Positions 11,001 through 19,414 of a DNA stretch of 64,000 nt are shown here, in pieces. A program made the translations under genes and the position numbers. The number at the start of each line of letters is the position of its first letter. The stretch's first letter is position 1. Source of the stretch: an uncultured Gemmatimonadales bacterium (GTDB lineage: Bacteria > Gemmatimonadota > Gemmatimonadetes > Longimicrobiales > Longimicrobiaceae); NCBI GenBank assembly GCA_963716255.1, contig OY970303.1:192001-256000 (forward strand), read 5' to 3'. The notes under the pieces were generated by a model. That model was given only the letters and a program-made list of their open reading frames with translations, was not told the DNA's origin and ran no database searches.

Positions 11001-11216
11001 CAGTACCAGATCTCGCCGCGCCGCTTCCGCCTGCTCCGCGGCGTGGGTGCGGAAACCGCGACGATCGGGCTGGTGGGCCGGAACCTGTTCACGTGGACCA
11101 ACTTCACCGGGTACGACCCCGAGGTTTCCGCGGGCAGCGACACGCAGCTGCTCGAGGACAACTTCGTGTACCCGAACTACCGGACCGTGACCGCCCTGAT
11201 CGAGTTCAGCTTCTAG
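8088..11216 (+). CDS. susC: SusC/RagA-family TonB-dependent receptor
   Basis: Signal peptide, N-terminal carboxypeptidase-regulatory-like domain, plug (IEVLKGAAAAGLYGSRA), barrel, terminal Phe; RBS GGAGG. Confidence 0.95.
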   Translation: MRLRTSLKGALLASLLALAPAWADPLLAQDASVSGQVTDQNTGRPLAGAQVTLGGSSLRAVTGADGRYGIANVPAGSYNLTASLIGYGEVRRDGIRVAAGTPSVVNFQMTSQALTLDELVVTGVTDPTSLTRVPFTVGKINEDKLVVPAAGSPIASLQGKMAGVQVVRGSGQPGSDVAVQLRSPTSIQRSTAPLLVVDGVILGSSSVDIESLDVESIEVLKGAAAAGLYGSRAGSGVIQIRTRRGRSLQDGTLRLNARQEFGVNSLMRDVPLSGSHEFNINGAGQYLTSTGAIATTRAQRTATEARFQDQAFPGTIYNPIKQFFDPGNFSNTSVSLSQNLTNTNYYVSAIAAREAGVLLENEGLRRYDFRINLDQRASDKLNFQVSAYHMRSHRDDLSGSPFQDLLLMPRDVDLLSKNENGEYLYQPDPTAPLENPIWRQTSRDNNSKRERTTASVAGRYQPLGWLSFEGDFAYDRSNRFSDQYVPKGTPFLSGTDPQGTLQNDQTSADAINASFGATLRGDIGALSTRTVLRTQAEKEDEYFFRAYGEGFVTRGVPDLDQARTRTVSSASEDIRSNAYLLNTNFDYAGRYILDLAGRREGSSLFGPDERWQNYYRASAAWRMAEESWWPVSWIQEFKPRYSVGTAGGRPNYADQYETYAVTSSGAISLGDKGNRELRPEHAREQEVGVDMIGFNGRVSLQLSYANVVTTDQIIQLPPKGATGFFSQWANGGTMTGNTLEATLEAQLVQRGDMSWSVGLIADRSRHKITEWDRSCFVSGVTYRCLNETLGIYYGRRFLSGMDQLPANLQPFADQFTVNDDGYVVWVGQGNSAADGTKRNTAGQLLWNTSGTVAGRAVRWGHPLVQLDSLGAPALVRIGDGLPRFHWGLTNSFRLGGLSVFGVLDSQVGAEVYNSTKQRMYQYFRHADVDQAGKAEEDKKPIDYYFTVYNGNNPTESFVEDASYVKLRELSVQYQISPRRFRLLRGVGAETATIGLVGRNLFTWTNFTGYDPEVSAGSDTQLLEDNFVYPNYRTVTALIEFSF

Positions 11217-11241
11217 CCTTCACTCAACGAGACCAGAGCCG

Positions 11242-12849
11242 ATGAGAAATAAATTGAAGAAGGGGCTGGCCGCCGCGGGTGCGGCGCTGCTCCTCGCCGG
11301 GTGCCAGGACCTCACGGTCCCCAACCCGAACGCTCCGGACATCGACCGGATCTACCAGGACCCGGTCGACGTGGAGGCGCTGGTGGCGAGCGCGTGGCGC
11401 CCCTACTGGAACTACACGCAGGGGATGATCGACGCGAGCCTGGGCGTGGCGGCCATGGGCGACGAGATGACCGCCACCTTCACCAACGTGGGGGTGCTGG
11501 ACCTGAACACCGAGCCGCGCGCAACGTTCAACAACGACCCGGCGTACGCGAACCGCTTCGTCAACCAGGGCCCGTGGTACGCCTGGTACGGCGCGATCAA
11601 CAACGCCAACAACGGGCTGCGCTACGTCAACGGCATCGGCGGCCCGGCGCAGAAGCTGATGATCGAAGGGGTGGACCGTTCGGCGCGGGGACGTGCCTTC
11701 GCCAAGTTCACCCAGGGGCTGCTGCACGGCTACTACGCCATGTACTACGACAAGTCGTACGTGGTGTCCGAGGACCGTGACATGCAGGACCCGGAGGTGC
11801 TGCGCCAGCTCCAGCTCAAGCCGTACGCGGAGGTCCGCGACTCGGCGGTGGCCATGCTCGCCGAGGCGGCGCGCCTGGCGGCGGCGGACACCTTCACGCT
11901 GCCGATCACCTGGATCAACGGGCTCACGCTCCGCAACACGGACCTGGTCCGGCTGGCCAACAGCTACGCGGCGCGCACCCTGGCGTACTCCGCCCGCACC
12001 CCCACGGAGCGCGCGGCGGTGAACTGGGCCGAGGTGATCCGCCTGGTGGACGCGGGGATCACGGCGGACCACGCGCCCGTGGGCGACGTGAACCTGCTGT
12101 CCAGCCTGTACAAGGCCTACACCCAGTGGTCGGTGAACACCGCCGCCGGGATCCGCGCCTGCGACGGCGGCACCACCATCTCCATGCGGATCGACACCAA
12201 GATCATCGGGCCGGCGGACACCACCGGGCAGTACCAGGCGTGGCTCGCCAAGCCCGTGGCGCAGCGGACCAAGATCACGATCCGCACCCCGGACCGCCGC
12301 GTGGAGGGGGCGGCCGCCCCGGTGGCCGGCGTGCCGGCCAACGGGAGCTACTTCCGCTACTGCACCAGCGACGGGCAGTTCAACACCGGGCGCGGACTCT
12401 ACAACTTCTCCAACTACCAGTGGTTCCGCCTGGGCGGCAACTACCGGGCGGGCGCGCTTCCCATCGTGACCCGGGCGGAGATGGATCTGCTCAAGGCCGA
12501 GGGGCTCCTGCGCAGGGGTGACGCGGCCGGCGCCGCGGTGGCCATCAACCGGAGCCGGGTGACCAACGGCCAGCTCCCGCCGGTGACCGCCGCCGGGGTT
12601 CCGGTGAGCAGCGGCTGCGCTCCGCGCAACGCCGCGGGCGCCTGCGGCAGCCTGATGGACGCGATCATGTACGAGAAGGGGATCGAGGGGGCCGGCGTCG
12701 ATCCGTTCGTGCGCTGGTTCGACAACCGCGGGTGGGGGCAGCTTCCCAAGGGGACGCCCCTGCACTTCCCCGTCCCGGGCCGCGAGCTGGCCGCCATCCA
12801 GATTCCGTTCTACACCACGGGCGGCAGCAACCCCGGCAGCGCCGAGTAA
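11242..12849 (+). CDS. susD: SusD/RagB-family lipoprotein
   Basis: Lipobox LLAGC-QDL; RAEMDLLKAE; paralog of 1789..3393. Confidence 0.9.
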   Translation: MRNKLKKGLAAAGAALLLAGCQDLTVPNPNAPDIDRIYQDPVDVEALVASAWRPYWNYTQGMIDASLGVAAMGDEMTATFTNVGVLDLNTEPRATFNNDPAYANRFVNQGPWYAWYGAINNANNGLRYVNGIGGPAQKLMIEGVDRSARGRAFAKFTQGLLHGYYAMYYDKSYVVSEDRDMQDPEVLRQLQLKPYAEVRDSAVAMLAEAARLAAADTFTLPITWINGLTLRNTDLVRLANSYAARTLAYSARTPTERAAVNWAEVIRLVDAGITADHAPVGDVNLLSSLYKAYTQWSVNTAAGIRACDGGTTISMRIDTKIIGPADTTGQYQAWLAKPVAQRTKITIRTPDRRVEGAAAPVAGVPANGSYFRYCTSDGQFNTGRGLYNFSNYQWFRLGGNYRAGALPIVTRAEMDLLKAEGLLRRGDAAGAAVAINRSRVTNGQLPPVTAAGVPVSSGCAPRNAAGACGSLMDAIMYEKGIEGAGVDPFVRWFDNRGWGQLPKGTPLHFPVPGRELAAIQIPFYTTGGSNPGSAE

Positions 12850-12904
12850 GGCGTGAAGCCGGTCCGGGCCCCGGCCCGGACCGGCCGACCGGGCAGGCAG
12901 CAAG

Positions 12905-12945
12905 AAAGAGGGGGCTCCCGCGATCCGCGGGAGCCCCCTCTTTTC
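12905..12945 (+). terminator. Intrinsic terminator
   Basis: AAAGAGGGGGCTCCCGCG..CGCGGGAGCCCCCTCTTTT. Confidence 0.8.
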
Positions 12946-12989
12946 GCCTCCGGACAAGGGGATGGACGGCCGGCGCTTCGAATGGTGCG

Positions 12990-13145
12990 GTGTTCGGGGT
13001 CGGCCGGGCGAGGCTCCTCCGGCGGTGCGACACCCGAAGGGACTCGCAGAGCACTCGCCCACTGGTGGAGCAGGTCCGCAGGATCACGCTGGCTTCGAAC
13101 AAACGCACCGCCTGCGGACCCTCCCCCGACCTCCCGGCGCAGATC
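12990..13145 (+). repeat. Repeat family C, copy 1 (~155 bp, structured)
   Basis: Near-identical to the reverse complement of 62061..62214. Confidence 0.85.
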
Positions 13146-13161
13146 CCAGTACGACAGGAAA

Positions 13162-13214
13162 CCCTCCCCCAGAATTGGGGGAGGGTGGCGAGCCTAAGCG
13201 AGCCGGGTGGGGGC
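13162..13214 (+). repeat. REP-like family B (CCCTCYCCCAGAATTGGGRGAGGG..GCGAGCCGGGTGRGGG)
   Basis: Other copies at 22315-22368, 30360-30413(-), 35105-35133 (partial, -), 41028-41082, 41127-41180 and 61975-62027(-). Confidence 0.85.
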
Positions 13215-13240
13215 CTCCCGCGGACGCCAGCACGATGCCC

Positions 13241-13369
13241 GCGTGAGGGATTTCGGCCCGAAGGGGCGAGACCCGCGGGCAGTTTCGCGGGGCTCGACTC
13301 CGTTACGCACGGTTGTTTCGTGCGTTACGGAGCCGAAGCCCGACCCCGGCGCCAGCCGGGGGCACGCCC
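13241..13369 (-). repeat. Structured repeat family A (Flavo-1-like ends), copy 1
   Basis: GGGCGTGCCCC..GTCGGGCTTCGGC..GCCGAAATCCCTCACGC on the minus strand. Confidence 0.9.
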
Positions 13370-13415
13370 GAACCCCGCCCTTTAAAAACCCGTCGTTCCA
13401 ACCGGAGTTCCGGAA

Positions 13416-13874
13416 TCACGCCCCCTCGCGCGAGGTGGAGACCATGATCGCCCCCTCCACGCGAAAGGATGCAAGACCCGGGAGCGACTTGGCCGCCGCG
13501 GCGTCCATGTAGCGTATGGAGGTGATGGGGATCACTTCCAGGCGCCGCAGCATGTCGATGCTGCCCAGCCGGCTTCCGTTGAGGTACACGAGGATGGAGG
13601 GCGGGACCCCGCGGCTGGAGGTGGCGTTGCGGCTGCGCAGCCAGAACGGGCGCAGGCGCTCCACCGCCTCGTAGGCGTTCATGGCGCCGGAGCGCTGGAT
13701 CTCCTCCACCGTGATCACCGTCATGTCGCGCCGCGTCCCCGACGTCCGGACCACCGTCCCCGAATCCGCCGCGATGCCGGCGGATGCCGCGCCCGGCGCG
13801 CTCCCGCCCGACGCGCACCCCGCCGCGGCGGCAACGAGCGCCAGCGACAGGGTCCCCGTTCGCACTCGGCTCAT
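13416..13874 (-). CDS. Small lipoprotein with a stand-alone TonB-receptor plug-like domain
   Basis: Lipobox AAAGC; VITVEEI, VYLNG and GAIMVST plug-like motifs; start overlaps the upstream stop. Confidence 0.7.
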   Translation of the reverse strand: MSRVRTGTLSLALVAAAAGCASGGSAPGAASAGIAADSGTVVRTSGTRRDMTVITVEEIQRSGAMNAYEAVERLRPFWLRSRNATSSRGVPPSILVYLNGSRLGSIDMLRRLEVIPITSIRYMDAAAAKSLPGLASFRVEGAIMVSTSREGA

Positions 13875-16800
13875 CTGCGCTCCTCCTGTTGCTGGGTTTC
13901 CGCGCGGCCGGAGTCCGGGTCCGTCCCGGCTCTCTCCACCCGCACCGTCCTGCGCATCCGCTCCCCGCCCGCCTCGATGGTCACCAGGTACTCGCCCGGG
14001 CGCACGATCGCTCCCTGCCGCCCGAAGCCGCCGCCTCCCCCCTGCCCTCCCCCGCCGCCCTCCTGCTCCGCCGCGAAGGGCACCTCCGCCGGGCGCAGGT
14101 TGGGCTCGTCGGCGCGCCGGCGACCCGCCGCCGGGCGGGCCTGCGTGGTGTCCGCCCGCGGGGCGCGCGTGGTGTCGGCGCCGGCCGCCGGGGCGCGCGC
14201 GGTGTCCGGGCGCTGCGCCCTGCGGCGTGCCGCGAGGGCGCTGTCGCGCGCGGCGGCGGGGCCCAGCGGCCGCGGCCCGGCGCGCAGGTCCCAGAACACG
14301 CGGTGCGTGCCGGCGCTCCCCGGCGCGCGGAAGACGCGCACCGTGTCGCCGCGCACGTCGGTGACGACGACGCGGGCGCTGTCGCGCTGCCCGCCGCGAG
14401 CGAGGCGGTACGCCAGCGACGCCCCGAAGGGCGGGTTCTCGCCCGTGAACAGCTTGTTGCCCGTGTTCCCGCCCTGGAAGGTGGGGGCGTACAGGTACGC
14501 CGGAGGGATTGAAAAGAAGAACGCGGGCCGGGCCGCCACGCTGTCGGCCATCTCCTGGAGCGGGGCCACGTCCACCACCCACACCGAGCGGCCGTGCGTG
14601 CCGGCGATCAGCTCGCGGTCGCGCGGGTGCACCCGCAGGTCGTGCACGGGGACGGTGGGGAGCCCGTTCATGAAGCGCTGCCACGTGCGCCCGCGGTCGG
14701 TGGACACGTACGCCGCCACGTCGGTGCCCACGTACAGCAGGTCCCGGTTGCGCGGGTCCTCGCGCACCACGTGCACGAACGCCGGGCCCTCGCCGGGGAG
14801 CCCGCCGGCGATGGAGCGGAAGCTGCGCCCGCCGTCGCCGGAAGCGTACAGGTACGGGGTGAAGTCGTTGGTGCGGTGCCCGTCGAAGGCCACGTACACG
14901 GTCGCCGAGTCGAAGCGCGACGGCTCGATCCGGCTCACGTACGTTCCCTCGGGGAGCCCCGGGAAGCGCCCGGTGAGCTCGGTCCAGGCGCCGCCGTCGT
15001 CGCGCGTCGTCCACACCCTGCCGTCGTCCGTGCCCGCCCACAGCACGCCGGGCCGCAGCGGCGACTCGGCGAGCGCCACCACGGTGCCGTACGTCTCCGC
15101 TCCGGTGGCGTCGCGGGTGATCCCGCCGGTGGTCTCGGTGCTGACGCGGATCCTGTCCATGTCCTGCCGGGACAGGTCCGGAGAGATGGGGACGAACACG
15201 TCGCCACGGTTCACCGACCGGAGCACGCGGTTCCCGCCCGCGTACACCACCGAAGGCGAGTGCGCCGACAGGAAGAAGGGGGTGTTCCAGTTGAAGCGCA
15301 TGGACCCCGCGGAATCGGCCCGTGCGCGCTCGCGCAGGGCGGCCAGGCGCCGGCTCACCTCGGGGGTGGCGGGCAAGGCCGTGTCGCCGCGGGCGACCAC
15401 CAGCGAGTCCTCGAACATCTGCCGCCGGCCGCGCCAGTTGCCGCTGCGGATCGCGGTGCGCTCCCCGGTGCGCAGGTCCAGCCGCGAGATGTTTCCGCCC
15501 TGCGACTCGCTGTAGACGATGTCCGGGTCGACCGGGTCGTTGGCCGTGTAGAAGCCGTCGCCGCCGCCCACGTTGAACCAGTCGGCGTTGGTGATGCGGT
15601 CGCGCGTGCGGCTGGGCCCGCACCAGGAGCCGTTGTCCTGCAGGCCGCCGCATACGCGGTAGGGCTTCTGCATGTCGTGGCTGACGGCGTAGAACTGCCC
15701 CAGCGGCAGGGTGTTGACGAAGTCGAAGGTCCCGCCGCGGTCCCAGGTGACCCCCACGCCGCCGTCGCTCCCCAGGATGAAGTGCTCGGGGTCGGACGGG
15801 TCGATCCACATGGCATGGTAGTCCACGTGCAGCCCGCGCCCGCCGGTGCGAACCGTCCTTCCCCCGTCGTCCGAGAAGCTGAACTGCGTGGCCAGCCAGT
15901 AGACGCGGTCGGGGTTCCGGGGGTCCACCCGCACCTGCGAGTAGTAGAACGGCCGGTTGTTGCGGTCGTTCATCCGCCGCCACGTGCTCCCCCCGTCGTC
16001 CGAGCGGTACAGCCCGCTGGGCGACCGCTGCCTCACCGTATCGCCCCGTGCGCGGCGGAATTCGGCGCGCGGCAGGGTGTCCGCCTCCACCATGGCGTAC
16101 ACCACGTCCGGGTTGCTGGGCGCGATTGCGATGCCGATGCGCCCCTTGGTCGTGGCGGGAAAGCCGCCTCCCCGCACCTCGGTCCAGCTGCGCCCCGCGT
16201 CCGTGCTCTTCCACAGCCCGCTCCCCGGCCCGCCGCTGCGCAGGAAGTACGGCCCCCGCACCCGCTCCCAGCTCGCCGCGAACAGCGTGCTGGGGTCGCG
16301 CGGGCTCATGGCCACGTCCACGAACCCGGCCCGGTCGCTCACGAACTTGACCCGCTGCCAGGTGGCGCCCCCGTCCGTGGTCTTGTACAGCCCGCGCTCC
16401 GGGTTTGCGTCCCAGATGTGCCCCAGCGCCGCCACGTACGCGGTGTTTGGGTCGGTGGGGTGCACCACGATCCGGCCGATCGCCTCCGTCCGCTCCAGCC
16501 CCACGCGCGTCCAGCTGCGCCCGCCGTCCCCGGACCGGTACACGCCGCCCCCCGGCGAGATGGAGTTGCGCGAGTCCTCCTCGCCGGTGCCCGCGTACAG
16601 CACCTCCGGGTCGGAGGGGGCGATGGCCAGGTCGCCCATGGAGATCACCGCCTCGCGGTCGAAGACGGGCTGGAAGGTGGTGCCGCGGTTGGTCGTCTTC
16701 CAGATCCCGCCGGCCGCGGCCACCACGTAGAAGGTCTTGGGGTCGGAGGGGACGCCCTCGATGTCGGTGACGCGCCCGCTCATGTTGGCGGGGCCGATGG

Positions 16801-16912
16801 AGCGCCAGCGGAAGAGCGCCAGGGAAGCCGAGTCGAGCGGGGTGGTGAGCTGTGCGTGGAGCGGCGCGGCCGCGAGCAGGAGCGCCGCGGCCGCCAGCGG
16901 GGGAAATCGCAT
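13871..16912 (-). CDS. Secreted BNR/Asp-box (VPS10-like) beta-propeller glycosyl-hydrolase-like protein
   Basis: WRSIGPANMSGR; many SxDGGxxW Asp-boxes; signal peptide. Confidence 0.88.
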   Translation of the reverse strand: MRFPPLAAAALLLAAAPLHAQLTTPLDSASLALFRWRSIGPANMSGRVTDIEGVPSDPKTFYVVAAAGGIWKTTNRGTTFQPVFDREAVISMGDLAIAPSDPEVLYAGTGEEDSRNSISPGGGVYRSGDGGRSWTRVGLERTEAIGRIVVHPTDPNTAYVAALGHIWDANPERGLYKTTDGGATWQRVKFVSDRAGFVDVAMSPRDPSTLFAASWERVRGPYFLRSGGPGSGLWKSTDAGRSWTEVRGGGFPATTKGRIGIAIAPSNPDVVYAMVEADTLPRAEFRRARGDTVRQRSPSGLYRSDDGGSTWRRMNDRNNRPFYYSQVRVDPRNPDRVYWLATQFSFSDDGGRTVRTGGRGLHVDYHAMWIDPSDPEHFILGSDGGVGVTWDRGGTFDFVNTLPLGQFYAVSHDMQKPYRVCGGLQDNGSWCGPSRTRDRITNADWFNVGGGDGFYTANDPVDPDIVYSESQGGNISRLDLRTGERTAIRSGNWRGRRQMFEDSLVVARGDTALPATPEVSRRLAALRERARADSAGSMRFNWNTPFFLSAHSPSVVYAGGNRVLRSVNRGDVFVPISPDLSRQDMDRIRVSTETTGGITRDATGAETYGTVVALAESPLRPGVLWAGTDDGRVWTTRDDGGAWTELTGRFPGLPEGTYVSRIEPSRFDSATVYVAFDGHRTNDFTPYLYASGDGGRSFRSIAGGLPGEGPAFVHVVREDPRNRDLLYVGTDVAAYVSTDRGRTWQRFMNGLPTVPVHDLRVHPRDRELIAGTHGRSVWVVDVAPLQEMADSVAARPAFFFSIPPAYLYAPTFQGGNTGNKLFTGENPPFGASLAYRLARGGQRDSARVVVTDVRGDTVRVFRAPGSAGTHRVFWDLRAGPRPLGPAAARDSALAARRRAQRPDTARAPAAGADTTRAPRADTTQARPAAGRRRADEPNLRPAEVPFAAEQEGGGGGQGGGGGFGRQGAIVRPGEYLVTIEAGGERMRRTVRVERAGTDPDSGRAETQQQEERR

Positions 16913-17053
16913 CGCTTTCCCTGACGTGCGGGTGGAATACGGAGCCATCGCCGCGCGGGGGGAACGTGCGCGCCGACGTACGGGGGATGCCAGGAACATC
17001 TTATGCGGCGCGCCGGCCCCGCGCCATGGTTCCGCGGGCGCCCGGGGCCCGGC

Positions 17054-17860
17054 CTATTTGCGCAGGTCGGCGGCGTAGGCGAGCACCTCCGGGTCCGCTT
17101 CGGGGATCTGCGGGTCCATGTGCTCCAGCGTGTCCGCCACGATCCCCGCCACCAGGTAGTCGCGGGTCGTCTTGTCGTCCGCCGGCACCACGTACCAGGG
17201 CGCGTGCTTCGTGCTGCAGCGGGCGAAGACGTCGCGGTACGCGTCCGTGTACTCGTCCCAGAGCATCCGGTCCTGGAGGTCGGTGGGATCGAACTTCCAG
17301 CGCTTCTCCGGCTTGTCCAGCCGCTTGAGCAGGCGCTTGCGCTGCTCGCCGCGGGAGATGTGCAGGAACAGCTTGACCACGGTGATCCCGCTCTGGACCA
17401 GGATCTTCTCGAAGTCGTTGATCTGCTCGAAGCGCGCCCGCCACACCTCCTCCGGCACCAGGCGCCGGACGCGGGCCGCGAGCACGTCCTCGTAGTGGGA
17501 GCGGTTGAACACCCCCACCTGCCCGAACTCCGGGACCGCGCGGTGCACGCGCCACAGGAAGTCGTGCTTCCGCTCCTCGCCCGCCGGGGCCGCGAAGGAG
17601 GTGAGCGCCATGCTCTGCGGGTTCACCGCCCCGAAGACGCGGCGGATGGTGCCGTCCTTGCCGCCGGTGTCGCGGGCCTGGAGGACGAAGAGCGCCGCCC
17701 GCTTCCCCTCGGCGTACAACGCCGCCGCCGCCTCGTCGATGCGCTCCAGCCGCGCGGCGAGCTCCTCCTTGAGCTTCGATCCGTCGGGAACGCCGTCGGG
17801 CGGGGCGGCGTCGTTGCCGGACAGGGGGGGGACGGCATCGGGGTCGACGGGGCGCAGCAT
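17054..17860 (-). CDS. ppk2: Polyphosphate kinase 2 family protein
   Basis: QARDTGGKDG Walker A, FNRSHYEDV, APWYVVPADDK. Confidence 0.92.
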   Translation of the reverse strand: MLRPVDPDAVPPLSGNDAAPPDGVPDGSKLKEELAARLERIDEAAAALYAEGKRAALFVLQARDTGGKDGTIRRVFGAVNPQSMALTSFAAPAGEERKHDFLWRVHRAVPEFGQVGVFNRSHYEDVLAARVRRLVPEEVWRARFEQINDFEKILVQSGITVVKLFLHISRGEQRKRLLKRLDKPEKRWKFDPTDLQDRMLWDEYTDAYRDVFARCSTKHAPWYVVPADDKTTRDYLVAGIVADTLEHMDPQIPEADPEVLAYAADLRK

Positions 17861-18073
17861 GGGCTCGTGGGGGTCGGGGTGAACGGGGGCGCGAGCGGGA
17901 CGCCGGCCGTGTCCGCAGCATGCGCGCCAGCGCGGGCGGCGGGGCGGATTCCGGGGGGCGTGTCCGGTTCCGTCCGGGTTCCGCGCATGACGGTGTGGAC
18001 GGGACGCGCTCCCGCCCGGCGCGGGACCTCGCCCGCGCCGACCCCATCTTCCCGGACCGGAGGGATTCGCACC

Positions 18074-19075
18074 ATGATCCAGGGCACCGCACTCCTGCGT
18101 GGCGCGCTGCTGGCCGCGATGCTGTCGTCTGCCGCCTGCGCCGACGCCGTCACCGACGCCCCCGCCCCGGCCGCGCCCCGCGCCGACCTCACCGTCTCGG
18201 CGCTCGCGTCGGTCAACATCCGCAGCCTGATCGACACCGTCACCAACACCATCATCGCCGATTCCACGAACCAGTACGACGTGCCGACGGCGACCCACAC
18301 CCTGCACTTCCGCACGGCGGTGGACCGCGTGCTGGCCGGCCGCGTCGCCGGCGCGGACTCCCTGCTGGACGCGTACGCCTACGACGTGTACTCCATCCGC
18401 GACGCCACGAGCGGCGACTCCATGGTGGTCTTCCGCGAGCGCAAGGCCTCCGGCAGCACCAAGGTGGCGCGCGGCTGGGGGACGTACATCTTCAACCCGG
18501 CCCCGGCGCGGCGGGTGGACGTGCACGTCAACCACCCCATCGACGACCAGCACACCGAGGACATCGGCTCCGAGCTGTTCCGCGACGTCAACGGCCGGTG
18601 GTTCATGATGGCGGGGGCGCGGCGCCTGGCCAACTTCAACGGCGACGCGGACGTGGCGCACCAGGCCGGGAGCGTGTTCAACCAGATGCACACCCGCGTA
18701 GCCGCGGCCAACGTGCGCACCGTCTCCATCCACGGCTTCCGCGAGAGCAACAACACCAGCCTGCCGGACGACGTGGACCAGGTGCTCAGCAACGGCGCCT
18801 CCGCCACCAGCGCCACGCCGGTGTACACCGCGGCCGAGACGACGCTGCGCACGCGGCTGGTGAACGGCGGCTTCGTGGCGGGGCTGTTCAACGTCACGCC
18901 CAGCTACAACGTGCTGGGGGCCACCACCAACGTGCAGGGGCTGCACTCCAACAACGGCTTCGGCTTCGGGCGGTGGATCCACGTGGAGACCGAGAAGAAC
19001 GTGCGCGACGACACCACCGCGTGGAGGTCCATGAACACGATCCTGCGGCAGTGGATCATCGACTTCCCCACCTGA
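18074..19075 (+). CDS. Lipoprotein, putative Zn-dependent hydrolase
   Basis: Lipobox SSAAC; HPxxDxxTE, SIHGF and IHVE motifs suggest a Zn-exopeptidase-like fold. Confidence 0.6.
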   Translation: MIQGTALLRGALLAAMLSSAACADAVTDAPAPAAPRADLTVSALASVNIRSLIDTVTNTIIADSTNQYDVPTATHTLHFRTAVDRVLAGRVAGADSLLDAYAYDVYSIRDATSGDSMVVFRERKASGSTKVARGWGTYIFNPAPARRVDVHVNHPIDDQHTEDIGSELFRDVNGRWFMMAGARRLANFNGDADVAHQAGSVFNQMHTRVAAANVRTVSIHGFRESNNTSLPDDVDQVLSNGASATSATPVYTAAETTLRTRLVNGGFVAGLFNVTPSYNVLGATTNVQGLHSNNGFGFGRWIHVETEKNVRDDTTAWRSMNTILRQWIIDFPT

Positions 19076-19106
19076 CGGAACGGCTGTACGGATTACGGCT
19101 GGGTCC

Positions 19107-19239
19107 GGGCGTGACCCCCGCTGGCGCGGGGGTCGGGCTTCGGCTCCGTAGGGCTGCAAACAACGCAGCCCAACGGAGTCGAGACCCGGCGGAAACTGCC
19201 CCGCCGGGTCTCGCCCCTTCGGGCCGTAATCCCTCACGC
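19107..19239 (+). repeat. Structured repeat family A, copy 2
   Basis: Same frame as other copies, with compensatory variants in P2 and P4. Confidence 0.9.
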
Positions 19240-19414
19240 AACGGCTCACGACAACCCCAACGACGCGGCCCCGGGCGAGATCTCGTCCGGGGCCGCTTGC
19301 CGTTTCCCCGCGCCCGGGCTTGTCAGGCGCCGCGGCGGCGCGTACGCTTCCGCGATCGCCTGCCCTTTCCGGCTTCTCTTCCCCGCCCGCCCGACTGCCT
19401 CCGGAGACGCTGCC

